This document shows positions 57,101 through 64,000 of a DNA stretch of 64,000 bases, piece by piece. How positions within the stretch are numbered: position 1 is the first letter of the stretch; each line of letters starts with the position of its first letter. This stretch comes from Chrysomallon squamiferum. Its lineage: Eukaryota > Animalia > Mollusca. The position numbers and the translations under genes are program-made. Location: the NCBI GenBank assembly GCA_012295275.1, contig CM022672.1, positions 10,044,001 to 10,108,000 on the forward strand. The letters are read 5' to 3'. The notes under the pieces were generated by a model, which was given only the letters and a program-made list of their open reading frames with translations, was not told the DNA's origin and made no database searches.

Positions 57101-58320
57101 TTTGAGATACGTTATTGTAAAATACAGAAATTGTGAGATACAGTTTTGTAAAATACAGTAACTGTGAGATACGCTATAAGAAAATACAGAAATTGTGAGA
57201 TACGTTATTGTAAAATACAGAAATTATGAGATGCTTTATAAAAAAAATACAGAAATTGTGAGATACGTTATTGTAAAATACAGAAATTATGAGATGCTTT
57301 ATAAAAAAAAAACGAAAATTGTGAGATACGTTATTGCAAAATAGAGAAATTGTGAGATAAGTAATTGTAAAATACACAGATTGTGAGACAAGCTGTTGTA
57401 AAATACACAAATTATGAGATAATTTAGTGTAAAATACAAAAATTGTGAGTTAAGCTATTGTAATCTAACAGAAACTGTTAGATACGTTATTGTAAAATAC
57501 ACAAATTGTGAGATACGTTATTAGAAAATACATAAATTGTGAGATAAGTTATTTTAAAATTCAGAAATTGTGATATACTTTAGTAGAAAATACGGAAATT
57601 GTGGGATACGTTATTAAAAAATACGGAAATTGTGAGATAACTTATTGCCAAATAGGGAAAATGTGAGATAATTTATTAGAAAATACGGAAATTTTTAGAT
57701 AAGTTATTAGAAAATACAGATATTGTGAGATACGTTATTGTAAAAAAAAAAAATGAAATTGTACGATACATTTTTGTGAAATAGAGAATCTGTGTGACAG
57801 TTATTGTAGATCACAGAAATTGTGAGATGCATTATTGTAAAAAAAACAGAAATGTGAGATACGTTATTACAAAATACAGAAATCGTGAAATATGTCATTA
57901 CAAAATAGAGAAATTGTCAGATACGTTATTAGGAAATACGTTATTGCATACATTATTGCATACATTATTGCATACATTATTGCAATTACATAAATCAAGA
58001 GATATGTTATTATAAAATACTGAATTTGTGAGATACATTATTACAAAATACAAAAATTGTGAGATATGTTACTATAAAATACAAAAGGTGTGAGATACTT
58101 TATTGTAAAATACAGAAATTGTGAGACACGTCATTGTAAAGTAGAGAATCCATGAGAAACATTGTAAAATACAGAAATTGAGAGAGGCATTTTCGCAAAT
58201 ACATAATTGTGTGACATTACTGAAAATACAGAATTGCAAAATGTGTTATTGCAAACAGAGATGTATGAGTTTGTTGCAAATATAGAATTGTGAAATACGT
58301 TATAGCAAATACAGAACTGT
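57101..58320. repeat. 31-bp minisatellite, about 39 units
   Basis: Consensus ttgtgagatacgttattgtaaaatacagaaa; head-to-tail with no spacers; decays at the right end. Confidence 0.92.
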
Positions 58321-58680
58321 TGAATCCATTACCGAAAATGTGGTTTTTGTTGTTGTTGTTTTTTGTTCACTGTGGAAATCTGGCACCTGTAAATCCTAAC
58401 TCGTATAAAAGAGCAAGTGCGAATCTATGTGGGTGTTTGTAAAGTGTTTTCACTTAGGATGAAATGGGAAGATGAGCTTAAAAAAACAAACGAAATGAAG
58501 CAAAATGGTTAAAATGAAAGAAAAACATCATTTATCAATAAAACTAAAGAAGATATTATTACTTATTTATTTATTTATTTCTTGTGTTTGTCTGTCTGTC
58601 TGTTTGTTTGTTTGTTGTGGAACTTCTCTTAACCAGAATTCCTCCCAAAGTGAAAGATTTCTGCGGTCTCACGATATAAA

Positions 58681-58767
58681 TGTAAAACCCCTTTAAACCG
58701 GACACCTCTCTAAATCAAATCTTTTACTTGGTCCCGGGGATATAGGTCGGCTTTAAAAAATGTCACT

Positions 58768-58768
<1 letters not shown>
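58681..58768. mobile_element. degenerate pogo-type MITE
   Basis: aaacccctttaaaccggacacctctctaaa...ggtccc...gtcggctttaaaaaatgtcact: weak terminal complementarity. Confidence 0.35.
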
Positions 58769-58810
<42 letters not shown>

Positions 58811-59105
58811 TTTGTTTGTTTGTTTTTATACTTTTTAATTTGTAATTTTTTTTATTTTATTTAGTTACATATATTAATTAATTGCGCAACAACTATTATT
58901 TGAAAAGGATATATTATGGCTGATATTAACGTGATTTTTGTTTTTCATATTTTCATTATATGACTGATAGACTGAAAACAAAATATCGTTTAAATAAAAA
59001 TATGTTGTATCTGATTTGAAACGTACTGATCAGGAATGCTCGCGGATGATAAGAAACATTTAAGAAAGTAATAGCATGTTTTTCTTCACAAACAGTTGGC
59101 ACACA

Positions 59106-59184
<79 letters not shown>

Positions 59185-59416
59185 CGGCCCATTATATATG
59201 AAGAAAAAAATGCTATTAACTTACTTAAAAAAAAAAAAAAGTGAATGAAGAAAATCACTGTAAGTTATACCTAGATTTGAAAGCCTTAAAAATATCTCAG
59301 AAATGTTTTAATATACTGTTTGTTTGTGTGTTTGTGTGTATGTATTTATATACATACATAGTATTGCTGAATAAATAAATTAATAGCCGTTACTATTGTC
59401 TGAGTCATCATGATTA

Positions 59417-59467
<51 letters not shown>

Positions 59468-59655
59468 AGTTATAGTTATTATTGTTATTATTCTTTCTGT
59501 TGTTGCTGCTGTTGCTTTGGTTTTGTTTATGCAGGTAATGTTACTGATTTGCTGCAGATGTTGTCGCTATTGTTTTTTAGAATTTTAAGCTGATAACAAT
59601 TTGTTTGTTTAACTGTGTATAACTAAAATTCATATAAATTTACAGAAATCAATAT

Positions 59656-59721
<66 letters not shown>

Positions 59722-60509
59722 CTAACAAATGAAAACACCATGTATTTGTCCCAAAAAAAAAACAAATAAATAAAAATTAATATGACCATTTACCTTACTG
59801 TTATATTCACAATCACCAGTCCTAAAATTTCTGTCTTCAAAGTATCCTAAAAGTTTCTGTCCTTGTTCAGTTTTGCGCGTTGTGGGAGAGACAGCCCACT
59901 TCACGCGAACACCCGTCAAGAATTTATTAACGGGGAAAATCTCTGCAGCACTCTCACACTATTATCGTTCATGCAATAACGAGTTAGACACGCCGTAGTG
60001 GTAAAGATAAATCTCCGGGTTTTTTTTCCTTCTGAAACCAGCGTTTATTGGGTTAGCTCGGTGGCAGTCCTCTGCAGTACCGGGTCACGTGTTATGCAGT
60101 CAATAACGCCTCTTTCCGCAGTCGACTAACGAGCAACGTCATTGGTAGAAAGAGATGCTGCAACCACCTGTAGATCAGTCCTGGACAGCGCGCCCCGTCA
60201 GTTATTTCCCGTTCTGCCCGATAATCTCATCGTTAACGTATCAAAGGTTTGTGTGTGTGTGTGTATGGGAAATAGCGTATAAGATAAATATTGCTGTTAT
60301 TTTCTTATTTTGTTTTCAGAGCAACAATGAGGTATTAAGGTTATATATATATATATATATATGTATGTGACGTAACACACTTTTTCTTAAATACTTGTAT
60401 ATTACGGATTATATATGTGTGTGCGCGCACGCACGCACGCGTGTATGAATTATAATGGCGTTACCTAAAATGCATTATCATAACTATATCACCTAAATAA
60501 TATTTTCAT

Positions 60510-60745
60510 AATTTTGTCACGTAAAAAACATAATATGTTTGTTACGTAAAACACATTATAACAAGTTTGTCACGTTAAAGATATAAGAAGTTATTTCACG
60601 TGAATTACATTATAATATGTTTGTAACGTTAAAACATATCATACGTTTGTCACATAACACACATTATCGTAAGTTTTCATGTAAAAGACATTACAATAAA
60701 TCTCTCAAGTAAAAGATATTACAAGTTCGTTATGTAAAACCCAGT
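60510..60745. repeat. degenerate ~27-bp tandem repeat
   Basis: tttgtcacgtaaaa.acattata.. recurs about 8-9 times. Confidence 0.6.
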
Positions 60746-62399
60746 GTTACACATTTGTTAGCTAAAATACACCACTGTATTATGTGGGATGTTACGTAAA
60801 TGATGTTATCATAAAATGTACTGAGCTGGTATTTAAAAAGTGAATTCATGCTTAAATCCGTTCATGCTGATGTTACTGGACTGTAACTGTTTGACCTCTG
60901 GTACATGACGTTGTCTTTACCGTCATATTACGTTAGCAGGAAATCAAGCCGAGGGATCTAAGACTTGTGAGAAAATATTCAGAAGGTTTTTGTTATGGAA
61001 TCCCCAGTATATATATATATATTAAACAAAAAGGAAGCGTCCGTTTAAACACTGTAATAACAAATATTTGTTTATTTGCAATTACTGGTATATTGTTATT
61101 GTAGTCATGTAAAGTTTTCTTATCGCATGAATTCGCTGACAGATTTTATTTAATTAATGCAGGTTAATCGTTGAATGAGGCTCCCTTTGGGAGGGTGTCT
61201 GTCACTCGCTTGTCAAATCATTGAACTCAGGACTGCTGGTTTCTGGGATGCGATCTTGTTCAAGTCCAGTCTTGTTAAAGCTTAACAGGATACAAGCTTA
61301 ATGAATAGTATTTTTCATAAAGAAAAAAGTATTAAAGAAAGGAACTGAAAATTTCGTTTATAAAAATCATAAAAATCCTATTTACTTTGTACTCTAGTCA
61401 TGCTAATGAGTTGACACACTAATAAATTCAAGAAAATAAATACGTTTTGCCCTTAATCTCTTTTCTTTTTAAAACACTCACAAGCGTCGTAGATGTTGTC
61501 GCTGTTGCTCTGAGATATGTCTGCGGCGTGGGAGACGGTCAGACTTGGGGCAAAGACAACATGAACCTTTTTCTAAATATGATCACGTACTGAAAACATT
61601 AGCCATTCATTTCTAGACGTTAACGTAAAAATTCTATTCACCACCGGCAACTTTTATTTTATTTCTCGCATGGACAAACAATCAGAATCACGAAGTACTG
61701 TCTAATTCGAGGATTAAGTTCAAGCTAATGTGGGATTTGTATGAACACATATTATTTTTTTTTATACAACGAGTTACTTTTAGACTTAATACTTCATCGG
61801 TGCTTCAGTTGAAAAATTAGATTTATGACTCTGTGTTGAAGTTTTCAAAGACGAAAGCCAGAGTGGGATGACATTTGATCTGCTTGATGTTTCTGTAATC
61901 CTTTATTTTCCTACAGAAAGTGTTTCGTAATATCTGATCTTCTTACAGATCCAGGTACTTAATCTGATGCATTTCTTTCTTCTTTTTTTTTCTTCTATTT
62001 TTTTTTTTCTTTCTTTTCTTTTCATTACAACGGATGCATTAATTTTTTGTAGCAAACTGCTGTGCATGTAATTAATTTTTAGAAATAAATACTTTTAACC
62101 TCAACGATGATGTTTCAGGTAATTTGTGGAGGGGTTTTTTTTGGTTTGACTTTTACTCTTATAATTTAAAGATCTATTTCTGGGTGCATCTCTTTCTGTT
62201 TGTAAGCCGATTCTCTGTTATTTAGTTGTTTTTTTTATTAATTAATTAATTAATTAATTTAGTTATTTTATTTTATTTTATTTTTTGCTGATGCTTTCTT
62301 CATTTCTGTTTGCGTCTTACGCACACATACAAATACGGACACATACACGAGTAATTATACATTTACACATAAACACATATGTTTGTTGTCTCTATATCA

Positions 62400-62445
62400 T
62401 TCTGTCTCTCTCTATACCCGTTTCATTTTTCTCTGTCTCTGCCCT

Positions 62446-62528
<83 letters not shown>

Positions 62529-62635
62529 CTCTCTGACTCTCTCTCTATATCCCTCTCTATCTCTCTATCTCTCTCTTTGTCTTTCTATCTATCTATCTAT
62601 CTACCTCTCTACGTTTCTTGTTTTCTCTCTCTTTC
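62400..62635. repeat. (TC)n/(TATC)n compound microsatellite
   Basis: Simple repeat. Confidence 0.9.
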
Positions 62636-63313
62636 TGTATTTGCATTTCACTTCGATTGTTTCCTCTCTCCGCCTTCCTTAAAGATGCGCAGTAGAAACC
62701 CGTTACGTAAAAACTTGGATCTTAGAAAAAACAATAAACATTTTAGATCGAAGTTGTTGATGCAAAGAACGTCAACAGATCAATAATTCTTCTCTTTTTT
62801 GTAGTTGTATTTTCTGTCACCTATTCCCTCTGGTACTTAATTAGTCCTGTATATGTCACGGACATTAACGTTTTGTTGATTTAATTTCCTGGGCCAGTTG
62901 TAGCTTGACAGGAATGTAAATTCTGCAGCGGAGTGCTTCTCGACTCCCGGCGCAGTAATTTTTGCAGAGCCGATGCGATGTACAGAATATTTCTCTATTT
63001 CTTCTCGTTGTACCGATTTTTGCTGCATCTCGAAACGCTGTGCATGTGTGGTAATTTGCAACCCGACACACAGGCCAAAATATTTATATAACTGATTTAT
63101 CTGTGTCTAAGATACTTACATGCGACGTACATGCTTTTAATGGGTTTATAGAGGACTAATATGTGTGTTACTTCTATCTACAGGTCAGTAAACCTCTTCG
63201 ATCTTTCAGGCTAGGACTAAAGCAAGGTTAATAAGTCCGTGCCCTGTTAGAAAATAAATATATTTGCTCTTAGTCGAGAAAGTGAAGATACAGCTTTACA
63301 AACACAGACGCAG

Positions 63314-63347
<34 letters not shown>

Positions 63348-63431
63348 ATATATACGAAAATAAAAAACTAATATATTTAATAACTGAATCGTTTTTGTAC
63401 AGATTAATATATGTGGATATCATTAATAATA

Positions 63432-63500
63432 AGAAGAATGAGAAGAAGAAGAAGAAGAAGAAGAAGAAGAAGAAGAAGAAGAAGAAGAAGAAGAAAGAAA
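63432..63500. repeat. (GAA)n microsatellite
   Basis: Simple repeat. Confidence 0.9.
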
Positions 63501-64000
63501 GAAAATAAGAAAAAGAACATAAACATGAAAATGAAGAAATACAAGAACCATGCTCATTTTTTCAATCACATTGCGTTTATTTCTTTCTCTCATTTTCTGT
63601 TTTTGTATATATTTTTTTTCTCTCACCGTTTACCTGTTTTAAATTTTGTTAAAAAATGTTTTGAATTGTAAACAAGCATCTTATTTCTATGTTTTGTTTG
63701 TTATTATTATTACGTTGTTGTTTTGGTTTTTTGTTGTTGTTTTTTTTTTTCTTTAGCATACCAAAAATATTTTAATAATAAGGTATATATATATAACAGT
63801 TCATTACTGAAATAACGTTATATTTTATGTTTAGGTTCTCACTAATCATTCAAGACAAAAATAATAATAATAACTAGATAGGGTTTAAATTTATATATAT
63901 ATATATAAATTGGTTTTGTAAAGTGTATTTATCTTGAACAAATTATTTTAACGCCTTTGGCTGAAGTTACAGCCTTTATCAACTACTTCAGCTCGTGCTG

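Noticed and set aside
57101-58320. CRISPR-like array of ~31-bp repeats
   Set aside because: Units are head-to-tail with no unique spacers, there are no cas genes, and the context is eukaryotic; it is a minisatellite

Overview
AT-rich, microsatellite-dense animal genomic DNA with spliceosomal introns. It is probably a mollusc; this is inferred from SINE-core resemblance and gene content and is not verified. Two convergent protein-coding genes are supported. The first is the 3' part of WDR6 (12 exons, + strand, 367-9786). It contains a probable U12-type intron, three apparent frameshifts (probably assembly indels) and tandem amplifications of two exon-end/donor sites. The second is a class A peptide GPCR of the ETH-receptor/TRH-receptor/GHSR group with two coding exons (- strand, 46166-26563, 354 aa, 18.5 kb intron, E/DRY changed to GRY). 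Between them lies a ~5.3 kb structure with long diverged inverted arms. It encloses a possible decayed multi-exon gene, a long near-perfect hairpin and a tRNA-derived SINE. Tigger/pogo and Harbinger transposon remnants, small MITE-like palindromes and a 31-bp minisatellite are also present. No CRISPR or prokaryotic system is evident, and I could not establish a clearly new biological system. The inverted-repeat composite and the donor-site amplifications are the best candidates for follow-up.
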